NCBI RefSeq assembly: GCF_001194135.2
Contig: NC_068983.1
Location: 101,527,064 to 101,591,063, forward strand
Direction: 5' to 3'
Length of the DNA stretch: 64,000 bases
DNA from: Octopus bimaculoides
Taxonomy: Eukaryota
Both the position numbers and the translations under genes were made by a program. Each line of letters starts with the position of its first letter. Position 1 is the first letter of the stretch. The notes under the pieces were generated by a model. The model did no database searches, had not been told where the DNA came from, and was given only the letters and a program-made list of their open reading frames with translations. This document shows, in pieces, positions 37,363-51,469 of the stretch.

Positions 37363-37748
37363 CTACTCGGGCCACATTTTAAAGATGAGGAATTTTGCCC
37401 TAGAGGCCACGCCTTTCAATTGAGCAAACTCAATGTTGCCATGCAAACTCCCCGCCACTTTTAACATAGATGTGCAAATTTTCAGGTCAGTCTGACCACA
37501 TTTACTAAGACTTTTGCCTGCACAACTGCTTGTGAGACAACGTCCGCCCTTTTCACAAATATATAGTAGGGAGCCTGGTGTAGCCATCCGGTTGCACCAG
37601 TCCTCAGTCAAATCGTCCAACCCATGCTAGCATGGAAAGTGGACGTTAAACGATTATGATGATGATATATGCATAAAACTTGTTTGTGTTTTTATGGCTT
37701 ACTAAAGTTAGGAAGTAGTTAATATTTCTTCTTATTTTTCTTTTTCAG

Positions 37749-37839
37749 ACAGATGCCTAGTCATGCCAGTAGAGAAATTCTTATTATTTTTGGTAGTTTA
37801 ACCACATGTGATCCTGGAGACATTCTTAATACAATAAAA
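37749..37839 (+). CDS. GTF2H2: GTF2H2 coding exon 6 ([30 protein letters not shown])
   Basis: tttcag|A...AAA|gtatgt, 91 nt. Contains the conserved SLTTCDP. Confidence 0.95.
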
Positions 37840-38635
37840 GTATGTTCTTATTCATTTTACTTTTAGTAAAATTTTAATTCTGTAATACTTTGGTAGAATG
37901 TAATCCTGTCTCTCATCACCCCTCTTTAACCATCCCTAATTCTCCTTACAACCTCTACTTACCCACACTGTTCTCTCCTCAGAATCACTTTGATATAGTG
38001 ATTAATTTATTGGTCATTATGTTGAGCAAATGTACTAGGTTCAATTTCAGGCAAGATTTACTTTGCTCATTTATTCTTTGTATGTAAAATTTGACAGTTT
38101 AAACATACACTTGCTGTATTGGCTCAGTCATACTGTTTGTGAAGGATTCTGGTTACAAATAGAAAAATGACGAGAATGTTTACAAAATAGGACCATTCTC
38201 TACTGAATTATCTTACTGCATTGAATTATTTAAATTTAAGAAATCAATTTGGTAAAGAAAATATTGCCAATTTTTCTCTTGTTTTGGATTTTTTTTTTTT
38301 TTTCTCAATCAAATTTTGAACCTTTCAATTCAAATAATGTTTGTTAGTTCCAACTTAACTCTGGAACTTTGTGTATCTGTAAAATTGTAGCACCTATAAG
38401 AGTATTTGATGGAAGCTAAGTCCTGACATTTTATAATAAATACATTAAGAAGCTTCCAACAAATATTATAGCATTTATAGGAAATTGGGAAATAATCTAA
38501 TTAAAATGATGTGTAAATAAAATGAAAAAAGTTGAGGTTAATTGTTGAATGAGTTTAAATATTTTAGAATAAGAATTATTCTTAGAAGGATAAAAAAATG
38601 TTTATTTCTAAATTTTCTGTTGATATTTATTGCAG

Positions 38636-38723
38636 ACAGTTAAAGAAAGTTCTATCAGGTGTTCTGTGATTGGATTATCAGCTGAAGTGAGAGTTTGCAG
38701 AAGGCTTACTGCAGAAACAAAAG
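38636..38723 (+). CDS. GTF2H2: GTF2H2 coding exon 7 (TVKESSIRCSVIGLSAEVRVCRRLTAETK)
   Basis: ttgcag|ACA...AAA G|gtaaat, 88 nt. Contains the conserved SVIGLSAEVRVC. Confidence 0.95.
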
Positions 38724-39147
38724 GTAAATCTTGCCAGAAAAAGATAAGCTGAAGATACAACTTGGCTAAAAAAATATAGTTTATTTAGCAATGGTTGATA
38801 CAAATATTTATATAATTACTGGAATTTATCATCCATTTTATACATCTCATACATTTCATACATGGCTGAAAATTAAAATAAAATTATAATCATGATACAT
38901 TTACCTGCTGGTAGTTCTATTTTTCATGAAAAACTTTGCATTATTACTATCTTTTATAAATTACAACATACATTAGCAAGATAGTAGTATTTCTAAGCTG
39001 GAAAAGCCATCCTAAAAACTATATACATGATAGTAAAACGACACAATTTATCATCAACTTAAATGAAAAAAAAAAGGATCAACAGTTCTGTCTCTGTCTC
39101 TTTTAACTATCTCAAAGTTCATGTGACACAAATATTTTTCCATTTAG

Positions 39148-39224
39148 GAGACTATCGAATTATCCTGGATGAATCTCATTTTAAGGACTTATTAAATGGA
39201 CATGTTATACCTCCTCCTGCATCA
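39148..39224 (+). CDS. GTF2H2: GTF2H2 coding exon 8 ([25 protein letters not shown])
   Basis: catttag|GA...TCA|gtaagt, 77 nt. Contains the conserved ILDESH..PPPA. Confidence 0.95.
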
Positions 39225-39574
39225 GTAAGTAATCAAGACATTCATGTACAACTTTTATGTTCCTATTTCATAGAGACACAATGATTCCCTTCTATTATAT
39301 ATATTCATTTAGATTTAGTTATAAATTGTGGCATTTACTAATGTTCTATTACTTTTTGATTATTTAGTGGGATTTAAAATGCATCAAGCTATTTTTCCAT
39401 ATTTTTAACCATCACTTTCTTCAATGATTTAATATCACTACAGTCTATGCTTAATATTACAGTAGTATATTGTTTTTTTGTTTTTTTAGTGGATCTTTAT
39501 CCATCAGGAAAAAGAAAATATTGTAGGGAATATAATATAATTACCTAAGAAAGTATTTGATTGTATATCGATTT

Positions 39575-39782
39575 CAATTTTTGGCACAAGGTCAACAATT
39601 TTGGGGTAGGGGATAAGTTGATTACATTGACTCCAGTGCTCAAATGGTACTTGTTTTATCGACTCTGAAATGATTAAAGGCAAAATCAACCTCAGTGAAA
39701 TTTGAACTCAGAACATGAAGATAGATGAAATACTGCTAAGCATTTTGCCCAGCATGCTAACGATTCTGCCAGCTTGTTGCCT
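39575..39782 (-). mobile_element. Second SINE family copy
   Basis: Matches the family. Others at about 5145-5340(-), 24552-24753(+), 35605-35772(-), 45148-45345(+) and 56090-56272(-). Confidence 0.8.
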
Positions 39783-40053
39783 TTATTTGATTGTATATTA
39801 ATTACTAAATAATAAACTAGGTATAGGCAACCTTTTTCTGAGAATCAGGCTACAAGAAACATGGTTCATCATCAGGCAGGCTAGACTACTAAAAAATTTT
39901 TAATTAATTTTTCATTTAGGCAAGCCATTCAGAAATCCCACCAGTTGCAGTTTGCTCATGAATATAAACAATGAACATTTATGTTTTTTCAAAAGATTAC
40001 CATGCCATATATTTCCTTTCATCCTCTGATCTTTTGTGTTTATATTTTTTCAG

Positions 40054-40084
40054 GGAAACACTGAATCCTCTCTCATCAGAATGG
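40054..40084 (+). CDS. GTF2H2: GTF2H2 coding exon 9 (GNTESSLIRMG)
   Basis: tttcag|GGA...ATG G|gtaaaa, 31 nt. Contains the conserved SLIRMGFP. Confidence 0.92.
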
Positions 40085-41000
40085 GTAAAACGTTTTATAC
40101 TTTTTCTCCTTTTTTTGTTGATTCCTCTCAAATTTTAACCCTCTGCCTCCATGCATCATATATGATACACATTTTTCAACCACTAGAGTAACTTCCGGTT
40201 TATAAAATGAAAGTTTTATATTACTCAGAACATATGAGACAAAAGCTAATTAAAAGTCTGGAAACAAGCATAGACGGTTAGGGCAAACCTATGAGAATGC
40301 CTTGGACAGACAAAGGGTTGATAAGATTTCTCTTTTTTTTTCATTACAACCCTAAGAATTTTGGTTCAAAATTCTAATTTAGGTCTACCTGTATTCATTG
40401 TGTAAGTTGATCTAGTCTGTGATCAATCAGGTGCACATGATATGTATTATTACTGTATTTGAGATCCTTATTCTCAAGTTTGCCAAGTATTCATAGTAAA
40501 CTTTCAACTTGCTGCCAAATGATAGATATATCTTGTAAATGTGTATTCCCTTTTTATAATAATATTTTCTATACCAAGTAAACAGGAAACTTAACTAAAA
40601 TGTGGATGTATTGAAGTATTGTTATTGCAACACTCACTATAACAGTTGTTTGTCATGGTAGTTCTGCTTTATGTGGTGTATGATTTTTGCTATGCCTGTT
40701 TTTTTTCTTTTAAACTATTTCCTCATATTGGTTATGTTTCTGACACAATGTTTTGAGTGATATTCTCTCTAATACTCTCCAGCTGATTTTCCTGATGAGT
40801 CAGCAATTGAACCTGGAACCCTTATTTTACCACCTGCGTTTAAACACTAACTTACCTATTATCCCAGATAATATGAAGACTTTTTTTCTCACAAAGCTAA
40901 TAGCTGTACATGATTACATAAACAGTTATTTATATATTGTAAACAGTAAACACAATTTTATATCATTAAGATTGTACAGTTACATTGTATTATTCTATAG

Positions 41001-41064
41001 GTTTCCCACATCATCAACAGTCTATGGACAAAGATAAAGAAGACAGACCGTCAATGTGTATGTG
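41001..41064 (+). CDS. GTF2H2: GTF2H2 coding exon 10 (FPHHQQSMDKDKEDRPSMCMC)
   Basis: ctatag|GT TTC CCA...ATG TG|gtaagt, 64 nt. Phases fit both neighbouring exons. Confidence 0.92.
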
Positions 41065-42376
41065 GTAAGTAAACAGTGTATTTAGCTTGTTTGTTTCAGT
41101 ATACCTTAAGTTTACATTTCTATTCACTATTTACAACACTTCTTAATCTTGAGTTATCAAGAGAGCTTTTATACTATTGCTCTACCTGCTGGAAGTAGCC
41201 AGGTCTTCACATCAGGCTCTGTGGTCTTAAAAGAATGACAGCATGTTGGATAATGTAGTCCTAAGTATTATCTCTGGCAAAAATCAATGGGGGTCATAGC
41301 TAAAACACCTTTGGTTATAGATCTGTTCAATTAAACAACTTGACCTTATCCAAATGCTGATATCTATTCTTCACATTATCGTTCTTCTCCAGCATTGTTT
41401 TACAATAAATTTACTGTTAGAATTTCTTGAAAAATTGTGCTGTAACAATACATATTCTCATGACATAAAATATAAAGTAAACTTACCATGAAGAGACATA
41501 ACTTATACAAAACCAAGTGCTATAAGGGTTTTCTTTTGGGGTTTTTTTCAGTACACGGGCTCTGTTCATTCCTCTCTGATATATACACGGACACACAGAT
41601 ACACGTACATGTATGCATGCATACTTACATAGATACAGCTGCAGGCATGGCTATCTATTTAAAAAGTTTTCTACACAGCCATGTGGTTTCATGTTCAGTT
41701 CCATTGTGTGACACCTTGGTTATGTTTTACTATAGCACCCAGTTGACTAAAGATTTGTGAGCGGATTTGGTAGACAGAAACTGAAAGAATCCTTTATACA
41801 TATAATGTAATGGGGTGTCAGTCTGATGTTGGAAGAACAGTGAAAACTCAGGATATGTTTCAGTATTATTAGATCTCATCATTAAAATATAGCCTTCTCC
41901 AGATTCTTTCTCCTCATTATGAAAATAATTTTAATTTAGATATTTTGACCCACACTATTAATTATGTTAGCATGGACATTACCATTTTGTTTTCCCAAAG
42001 AACAGATCCCTACATATTTTTATGTAGCCCTTATTTCAAGTTACCACCCAGTTCAGGGTTTATTTACAATAAAGTTGTGTGTCTCAAGTCATTTTATGTT
42101 GAGTACAAGATTATGCGTTTCACTTTTGTTAAGTGGGCTCTTATCAAAACATGCTCAGGGCTGTCACCATTCTGTCAAGGACAAAGTCACTCCTTGTAGC
42201 ATTGCTCACTTTCTTGTTTTAATTAATTTACGCACAATTTATAATTTCAGAAGTTACCTTCTCATTATTGTGCTACACATATAAAGCCAGTGGGGCTTCA
42301 ACAAGTTTTTATACCCCCTCTTCAACTTCATTCTTGGGTTATCTATGTGTATTTTATATGAACATACATGTACATC

Positions 42377-42720
42377 ATCATCGTTTAATGTCTGTTTTCC
42401 ATACTCGCATGAGTTGGACAGCTTGCTAGGAACTGGTATGGTTAGGGTCTGCATCAAGTTCCATAGTCTGTTTTGGCTTGGTTTCTATGGCTGGATGCCC
42501 TTCCTAATGCCAACCACTCTACAGAGTGTACTGAGTGCTTTTTACATGGCACCAGCACCTACACCCACACTTTTTATGTGGCACCTTGGTTTTAGGAGCT
42601 CAATTCTGTTGTGGACAGGTCTTCTCAAGTACAGCAGTGTGCCACATACTTTAGTTCTCTGTCATCTTCATGAGGTTCAACGTTTTGAGATCAGCCTTCA
42701 AAATTTTGTCCCATGTCTTC
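42377..42720 (-). mobile_element. RTE LINE 3' end
   Basis: Same family. Others at about 4530-4748(+), 9280-9430(-), 10598-10945(-), 32835-33140(-), 36130-36362(+), 43260-43445(+) and 48575-48950(-). Confidence 0.75.
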
Positions 42721-44211
42721 TTGGGTACACAAGCATAAATTAGATAGTGGATCCATTTTAATAACTGAGAGACCCCCACTCTGTTGAAATTCTTGCTACA
42801 CTCATGTACTCAGTATATTTATATAAATTTTACTATTTAATGCAAGGTTTTAATGATAAGACAACCCAGAGATGATGATGATGATGAGTGCACTGCTTGA
42901 GTTTATATGAGGGTAGGGTATACCACTATTTAGGAAGTTGCAGGAATTAGAAGCAGTAGTAATAACAGTGGAAAGAAGTACCACTAGACATTAGGTCAAG
43001 AATTATATAGTGTTGTTAATTAAGAGCTTGCTTAATATGTGGGGAGCTTGTTTGGGGATACCAGTTAGAATGTGTTTAAGGATACTGGTTAGAATGTGTG
43101 TTGAAACCCATTCCAGATATGTAAACAACATTTACCAACTACACAAAGTGTGTTCTTACAAACTCGAGTTAATTCTTTTCATTTGTCTTAATCTCAGTAG
43201 TGCTGATGGCAGTACCATGTCCATTATTTTTACAACTTAATTTGCGAACAAATCCACGTTTTTGCTGGTGCCACATGAAAAGCACTTGGTCCACTCTGTA
43301 AGGTGGCTTGGCATTAGGAAGGGCATCCAGCCAAAAAAATCATGCCAAGACAGACAGTGAAGCCTGGTGTATTCTTCTAGTTAGCCAGCTCCTGTCAGAC
43401 CATCCAACCCATGCCAGCATGGAAAACAGACGTTAAATGATGATGTCTTAGTCACATCTTTGACCTGATAGTGTTATCTCACAAAACTTTCTAGACATAA
43501 AATCTATTAGTCCTTCTCTACAGACTTTAATAGTTTCATAGCCATCAACTTTTAAATACATTTGTTTTCTTTCTTTAATTATATTTTTGGTATGATTTTG
43601 TCTGAGAAACAAAGAGAGTACCAATGACACCTTTCCAAGGTCTCCAAGAGTGAACCAAAGATATGACCTGAAAGCTTACAACAGTCTATGCTCTTCTTAA
43701 ATCAGCCAAGAGCCAGTTAGTGGTGTTAAATTGAGCAACAAATTTATTCCTGAATTACTGCTTGTCGTCATTGAATTGCTATATTGCTCTTAAGAATTAA
43801 ATTTCAAGAATCAGCTGAAAAAGTAGGTTAACAAGTGAGATAGAAAACACAAACATTACAATTTTAATTCTTTACTGCATATGGTATAATACTACGAGTA
43901 CATTAAATAATTTTCTGTATGAATTCTGTTGTTGTGCCCATGTCAGCCCTGATTCAGCAGATACATGATCAAAGTCATTCCAATTATTTTCATTACTCCT
44001 GACATTTTTATTGATTTATTTTTCAGGCATAATGTATCTAGAAGTATTACTCTAATGAGTTCTTTCTTTAAGGTGCTAGGATGTAATCTGTGGGAGATAT
44101 GGCTTCTTTTGGAACTGGTTAAATGACTGTGTAAATAGATTTGATATTGGCTTGACATAGATTTGATTGTTGATATATGTGAATTATTTGATATTTCTTT
44201 TCTTCCTTTAG

Positions 44212-44315
44212 CCACCTTGATGATAAAACATCTCAAAACTTCAGTAGTGGTGGTTATTTTTGTCCACAGTGCAGAAGTAAATATTGTGAACTTCCTGTTG
44301 AATGCAAAGCTTGTG
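44212..44315 (+). CDS. GTF2H2: GTF2H2 coding exon 11 ([34 protein letters not shown]; C4 zinc finger)
   Basis: ctttag|C...TGT G|gtcagt, 104 nt. Contains the conserved [19 protein letters not shown]. Confidence 0.95.
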
Positions 44316-44745
44316 GTCAGTATAATTTAGATTTTTACCAAAAACTGGGACAAAATTGTGAAATTTTCTCTCAGAATTCTGAATCAAATTAAATACTAAT
44401 TAACAATGCACGTATTCCTATTATTGTCCTGACATCCCAAGTTAAAATTCTATCTGAGATGAATGATTTTCTTTTTGATCATGAAATTCAAGAAATTTTA
44501 AAATCCAAGTAATTTTCTGAAAAACAGAAAAAAATGTTAATAGTTGTGATGATGATGTTCTTCATATAATTTGAATTTTTTGTTTCTTTCAAAGTGCCAA
44601 GTGAAAACTTAATTCAGACCAAATGAAAATTGATACTCATTAGTTTTTTTACAATGGCATATTACAATCATAATCATTTGTTTCTTTAATGTAATTAGGA
44701 TATCACCATATATTAAGATATTCTTTTTAACATATATATTTTCAG

Positions 44746-44854
44746 CTTTAACTTTAGTGTCAGCCCCTCATTTGGCTCGTTCATACCATCACTTATTTCC
44801 ACTTGCTAATTTTAAGGAAGTAGTAGCAACAGAAGCTGTCAGTGATAAACCTCA
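44746..44854 (+). CDS. GTF2H2: GTF2H2 coding exon 12 ([35 protein letters not shown])
   Basis: tttcag|CT TTA...CCT CA|gtaagt, 109 nt. Contains the invariant [18 protein letters not shown]. Confidence 0.95.
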
Positions 44855-47397
44855 GTAAGTTTATTATTATCATAATTATTATCTCTTTATCACAGGTTTT
44901 GTTGAAGTTCCTGGAGTCTTGCATGCATAGCGGGCTTACTACCTACAGTCTACGGTACCATGCTATTTGTTCTTTTCAGCAATTTAATACTTTCCTGATT
45001 ATTCTGGCTGTGCCAAGGAGGCAAGCCTTTTGTGACAGTTCTACTGGGCACTCTATTCTAATTTCCTTTATATTCCTCTTGATGCCTTCTAATACTGTTC
45101 CCAAGGACCCAACAATAATTGGCACTGTTATTATTATTATCATTAAGGCAGCCAGCTGGCAGAATCATTAGCATGCTGGGTGAAATACTTAGCTGCATTT
45201 CATCCATCTTCACATTCTGAGTTCAAATTCTGCTGGGGTCAGCTTCGCCCCTCATCCTTTTGGGGCTGATAAAATGTATTGGGGTCAATTTAATCAGCTT
45301 CCCCTTCCCCTCAAGGCTGCTGGCCTTGTGCCAAAATTTGAACCGTTATTATTATCATTGGCTCTAAAGTGTACATGTTTGTTCTTTTGCTCTGAAGCTA
45401 CACTATATTTATAGCATTAACAAATGAAATTCTCTTTGGAGTATTTGCTAAAAAGGATTATATTGCTCTGACAAAAGCTTACTATCAAAATGATAGTTTA
45501 TTTTTATAGATCTTTTCATATTTAAGTGCACGACTTGTTCACTTTCAATATGGCCACCAATTGTAAATACACAATAGGACAAAACCTTGCAACTGCTAAC
45601 AAGGAAAACACACAAACAACAAAATACATGAATGAAAAAAGGAAGTAAAAAAAGGGAACATATAAATGAACAATTAATTGATAAAGATATTTTAAATAGT
45701 CTAAAAAGGAAATTTGAAGACAGTTCTGACATTTGACTTTAAATTGGCCATACAGTATCTGTGTTAAAGCTAATCTTGTCTTCAATGAGAAACAGAACAA
45801 ACGAATGCTTTAGACTTAAGACTGTTCCAAAGAAGAATACTTGAAAAAATTTTGTATGATTAAACATTGTTTCTTTGTTACATGATTTTTTCCAACAGAG
45901 ATTGTGCTTTAGAAAAGATAGCACTGGACTAAATCTACCCTGATGACAGAAATTACAATTTCGGAAGAAATCTTCTCAACTGAAAATGAAAACAATTTGC
46001 TGCACTTTGAAAACCAAAGACTCATCCAAAATGCAGGCTGAAATTGTTGGACATGCTTCCACCCATACATTTGTGTCTCAATACAGGGGACTAAAAAATA
46101 CAAGAGTGATGATGAGAGACACTGGAATTGATGTATATATGTGGTTGACCATCACTTTATATTGCAGTTTAGGCAAGAAGTTTAAAGAGAGTTAAAAAGA
46201 GGCAACATGTGGTCAGTGCAGTGTCAAAATGGATTTGTAAGTTCTAATGACTGCCTATGACCACACAGCCTTACCAGGACTGGCTAGTTGAGGGTGTCAA
46301 GACAAGACATGAGATTGACGATAAAGAGCACAAGGCTTAGCTGCTATATTTGCTGTAGTAAAAATCACTTCAAAGCGTTTTGCCCTGAAGAATTTGAAAG
46401 ACTGGACAAGAAAAGAAAGTAATAGACCTGCCAGGGGAACAGCAAGGGCATTAAATACATTTCCAGAGTGTCATCAATCAAAATTCTGGGAATGGCAAAA
46501 GAAATTTTTTTATGCCAAATTTTCAAAACAAGCCAACAAATAGCTGCATGAAGTACCACTTCATCATGTGAAGAAGAAAAAGTAATGGTTACTGAGAGAA
46601 AGTTAATAACTGTTGAAGAAAGCATTGAAGTGGGAAAAAAATATAAGAGGAAATCTTGAAAAGAAAAGGAAAGTCAACATGAAACAACTGTTACAAAACA
46701 ACAATGCTGACCCTTCTCTGGAAATAACATGGAAGATGGAGAGGAGAGTATGATGTATAAACAAGGAGAGAGAAACACAAACGCATATATCTTCAACAAG
46801 CTTCTTTTCAGTTTCCATTCACCAAATTCATTTACAAAGCTTTGATTGGCATAGGGATATAATTGGAGACATTTGCTCTTGGTGTCATGCAGTGAAATTG
46901 AACCTGAAACCATCTGGTTGCAAAGTGAACTTCTTAACCTCACAGCCATGTTCATGGATTAAAATACAGAAAGTTATCTAAATTTCACTATTCACTAACA
47001 TTTTTTGCACCATATAGAATAGTAATCTCCCTGTGTATAGTCTGACATCCACATACCTTAACATGTAAATATCACTTCATAAAGGTACCTCTATGTGGTT
47101 ACTCTAGTCTGCTCAATATAATTTCCTTTTAAAAGTCTCTCTTATTATGTCTATCAATATCCTTGTTATTGTTGGGAGTTTTTGCTTCTACTCCTATTGT
47201 TGGTATAGATTGGATCATTTCTAAAGGATTTCATCTTTATTTTTACTCACTATCATTTCTCAGCTTTTCTGTAAGTTTTAGTTGTTTCATATCCATTGCC
47301 AGCTACTTGCTTTCCTCTTTATATAAAGTACTCTTTGGGAATATTTAAGATTTAAAATTCATTTATAACTTTCCATTTGCTTTAATGTTTGTTTCAG

Positions 47398-47437
47398 ATT
47401 TTGCTATGGTTGTCAGATTTCTTTGAAAGAAAAAAAT
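47398..47437 (+). CDS. GTF2H2: GTF2H2 coding exon 13 (FCYGCQISLKEKN)
   Basis: tttcag|A...AAT|gtgagt, 40 nt. Matches p44 FCYGCQ. Confidence 0.93.
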
Positions 47438-47739
47438 GTGAGTAAACCTGCTTAAATATTTTCCTGTTCTTTTCTCTATTCCATGCTTGCACTCACTTAT
47501 ACTTTTTATCATTAACCTCTTATTAAGAAGCACTGTGTCACTGTTTTTTTCTTCCACTATTACAACAGCTTCTTTTCATAACTTGCTAATTCTCTGTCAT
47601 TATCTACTAAACACGTTTGCCTCTCCTCTTATCAGTTTCATTTGATCTTACCTTCCAAATCCTTCACAAACACTTTACTCAATTATTCTGTCCCCTTTTT
47701 AGCTTATGTTTTCTTGCCACCCGCTAATATAAAAAGAAT

Positions 47740-48072
47740 AAAGACACCCATCCCTGGTCATGAATGACTATGGGGTTGCACCTAGAATGTTACCCACCAA
47801 GGTACAAGTCTAGGCAAGGTTGTTTATGAAAGACCAACAGTCACCCATGCATACCAGCCTCCGCTCACTACACCTCTGATGTTATCCAAGGGAAAAGCAA
47901 AGGTTGATGCAGCTTCGCATCAGTAATGTCGCAACTCATTTCTACAGCTGAGTGAACTGGAGCAATGTGAAATAAAGTATCTTGCTCAAGAACACAACAC
48001 ACAGCCTGTCCAAGAATCGAACTCACTACCTCATGATTATGAGCCCAACACTCGAACCACTGAGCCATACAC
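47740..48072 (-). mobile_element. Third tRNA-derived SINE family
   Basis: Reverse complement shows head TGGCTCAGTGGTTCGAG..GAGTTCGATTC and CTTGAGCAAGATACTTTATTTCAC. A partial copy lies at about 60240-60435. Confidence 0.7.
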
Positions 48073-49449
48073 ATTCAACCACTAATATACACCAATTGAA
48101 ATTGAATAGACAGGCTTAAAGAAGTTTACTACCCTTCCCTCTGAAACTAACAAATTATAAAAAGCATTATTACCATACACTTATTCTACTGATGCTCATT
48201 TTATTATTTTACAGAATAAGTCCCCTATCACTAACATCTAAATTATTCCTAAAAATTTAATAACACTGTTAGAATGTTCATATGTACATACTAGAGCAGT
48301 TACATATATATTCTCTTACACTTGTGTATGATAACGTAACATACCTCACTCATCGAGCAATTGTGTTAAGACTCTGTTTGGAAACATATAAGTCTAATTA
48401 CCTCAGTTTGCCTGGGTGACAAGAAATTCCATTCCGACTTTACAGTTGAGTGGTTAACAGTGGTGGGGGTTACATTCAAGCTATAATCCATCAGTATAAA
48501 AATGTTTCAAATGTAAAACTTCACAGGAAAACTATTCCATTCAAGCTAGCTGAAGAAAATGAATAGATATATGATCATCTCTTAATGTCCATTTTCCATG
48601 CTGGCATGGGTTGGATGGTCTGACCAGAGCTGCACCAGGTTCCAGTCTGATTTGGCTTGGTTTCTATGGTTGGCTGCCTTTCCTAACACCAACCACTTTA
48701 CATTGTATAATGGGTGCTTTTAATGTGGTAGTGACATGAGTGCTTTTACGTGGTACCAGCACAAGTACTTTTTACAAGGCACTGGCACAGGACTCTTGCA
48801 GGCTAATCCTCTTCATCAGTGGGAGCAGCTTTAACACTTTTACTATGAAGGATGGGTCTTCTCAAGTACAGCAAGGTGCCAGATATCTCAGTCCTTTATC
48901 ATTTCCTCCAAAAGGTTCAGTGTCATGAGATCACCCTTCAGTACTTCCATGCTGGTATTTCTGTCATTTATGTCTCCCCTGACCATCTTCTGTCACATTG
49001 TGTTGAGTGAACAAACATATCATTGAGTAGCAAAGACTTTTTAATATTACTAGGTACAAGCAATCTTACTAGTACTAATGCCATGATAAAATACTCCCAG
49101 TACACTCTGTAAAGTGGTTGGTAAATGAGCAGAAACAGTATCATCTTGAGAGGATCCTTTAGTTTTGTTGGTGATCTGACAAACTTTTTAGTATTGGTGC
49201 CATAAGAAAATGCACTCTATAAAATGGTTTCAACAGGAAACCATAGAAATCAAGCCAAAAATGAAATGTATTTGGACAACACAGTCTTTTGCCTCTTGTA
49301 CAAGAGCATTAACTTGGAACTAGCTTGGACCATAATGATCCCTCCAGTCCATGCCAGCATGAATAGAGGATGTAAAGTGAGATGAAGGATGGTGTGTGTG
49401 TGATTTATGTACACTGTATGATTTACATTATTTTTTGTACCTTTTTTAG

Positions 49450-49587
49450 ATATATATTTGTACCAAATGTGACCAGAACTTTTGTATAGATTGTGACTTG
49501 TTTGCTCATGAAACCTTACACTGTTGTCCTGGCTGTTCCTCATCACGTTCAACCCAACAGATAGGATTAATGGAATCTTTCACATAA
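49450..49587 (+). CDS. GTF2H2: GTF2H2 last coding exon ([29 protein letters not shown]...ESFT*; RING-like C-terminal domain)
   Basis: ttttag|ATA...TAA, 138 nt. Matches FCVDCDVFVHDSLHCCPGC. The spliced CDS totals 1212 nt (403 aa plus stop). Confidence 0.95.
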   Translation: MYICTKCDQNFCIDCDLFAHETLHCCPGCSSSRSTQQIGLMESFT

Positions 49588-49617
49588 TCTATTTCATTGC
49601 AAACATCCATATCAGTG

Positions 49618-49623
49618 AATAAA
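49618..49623 (+). terminator. Candidate GTF2H2 polyadenylation signal AATAAA
   Basis: First AATAAA after the stop codon, 30 nt downstream. Actual use is unknown. Confidence 0.4.
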
Positions 49624-51436
49624 CTGTGAAATCTATTTTTATAATAGTCTCTTCTTGTTATTGTTTTCCATTCTTGCAAGTATTGAAATTTTGGTGGAGC
49701 AATCCAAACCATGTTAAATGATTGTAAAAACAGATCATTCATCATTTCATACATAAAGGAAGAGAAATATATTCAGTTTCATGTTGCCTCTGTGTGTAAG
49801 AGGGGATTGTTGAACTACTTTTGCACAGCAGTCCCATAATGTTGGCTAGATGATGTATCTTTTCCTTTTAATTATTTCAGCCATACTGAGACACTACTAT
49901 GAAAGATTTTAGTTAAGCAAATTGACTCCAGCACTTTTTTCCTATTTTTTTCTTTTTAGAGAAGTTTTGGTACTATCAGTCTCTTTCACTGAATCACTAA
50001 GTTACATGGATGTAAACAAACCAACACCAGTTGTCAAGTGATGGGGAGGGTGACAAACACACACACATATAAAATATAATTAAGATTTGTTTGAGTTAGG
50101 TACTTAAATTAAGGCACCTTGCTAGATCAATCTAATTTACACTACATTTATGAAAAATCTTAATATTTCTCTTATATCTTATCAAAATTTTAAGTGTAAC
50201 TTCTAGCCTTCATCTATATATTTAATTATATTTTGCTTAACATTATAAATATGCCAAGTTACAATGTGCTCCTTTCCTTATTCTCTGAACTTATCTTCCA
50301 CCCCTAATTTCTAATACATATTCCTTTAGTTTTTCATTACCTTCCCCTTTAAAATGACAATCAAAATAAGTATCATTAGTTCTTATCCTTCTTTCTTCCA
50401 ATTATCACCCCTTCCCCATCAGGCATTCCCCTTTTTTACCACCCCAAGCCTTACCTTTTGTTGTAGAAAAGCTGGATATAATGTTCCAGTACTTAGATAG
50501 TCTAGTAGGTTGTCATGATATTAATTAATTTATCACCTTTGTCTAGAATACAGCTACAACTCCTAAAAGATTTAATTTTGGATGATTGAAGACTACATTC
50601 CCCCTATTGTCTTCAAAGTGTAGGTAACTAGGTCACTACTCTCAATTATTCCTCCCCACCCCCATAACTTCTACTAACCACTAAATTCTAGTAGCTTTGA
50701 CACTACGTAGACTATTTTCTAAACTCATTCTGCCAAAGATATACCAGCAGAATCAATGTAAATATTTGAGCTCTGCTGGTGATACAAATATGTTAAAACA
50801 GTTGGTTTGCCCTTTGTATTTGAAGTCCGTGTAGTCATCTGTTGAAAATGGTTTCTCTTCAATGATGTAATGTTTTCATTAATCAATTAAAGGAGTCACT
50901 TGAAACAGCTGTAATGAACTGACACCTGTACATCTTTGTTTCTCATTTATATATATATATAATATGTTAGAGGACAAAGGACAACAAGAACCAAGGCAGG
51001 ACAGGTATCTCAAGTCATTTAGAATATTTAATTAGGGTAAGGTGAATTTGAAATATTACAGCTGTTTCTGGCATATCCCAAGTGATAGGCTAGCATGTCC
51101 ATACACTGGGTATTCCATTATCAGAGACAAGCCCAGTATGTATGAAAGATCTAGACAGGGAAATTCACAGTTTATAAGCAATAAAATAGTAGATAGAAGA
51201 ATAAAGAATAAAACAGTAGATAGAAGAATGCAGACAGGAGAATAAAGTTTACAACTCATCTTCTTACAGAGGGTATGTAGGTTGGTCCATACTTCCGTGA
51301 AGGTATAGGCTGTTAGGTATAAATAATTCCAGGTAGACCCAAGCTGTAAGTTCATGTTGAAAGAATAAAGTTAAGTGGTTAGCTAATATGAAAATGGTCC
51401 ATGTGGGTATATAGAGTGAGATAGACAGATATGGGT

Positions 51437-51469
<33 letters not shown>

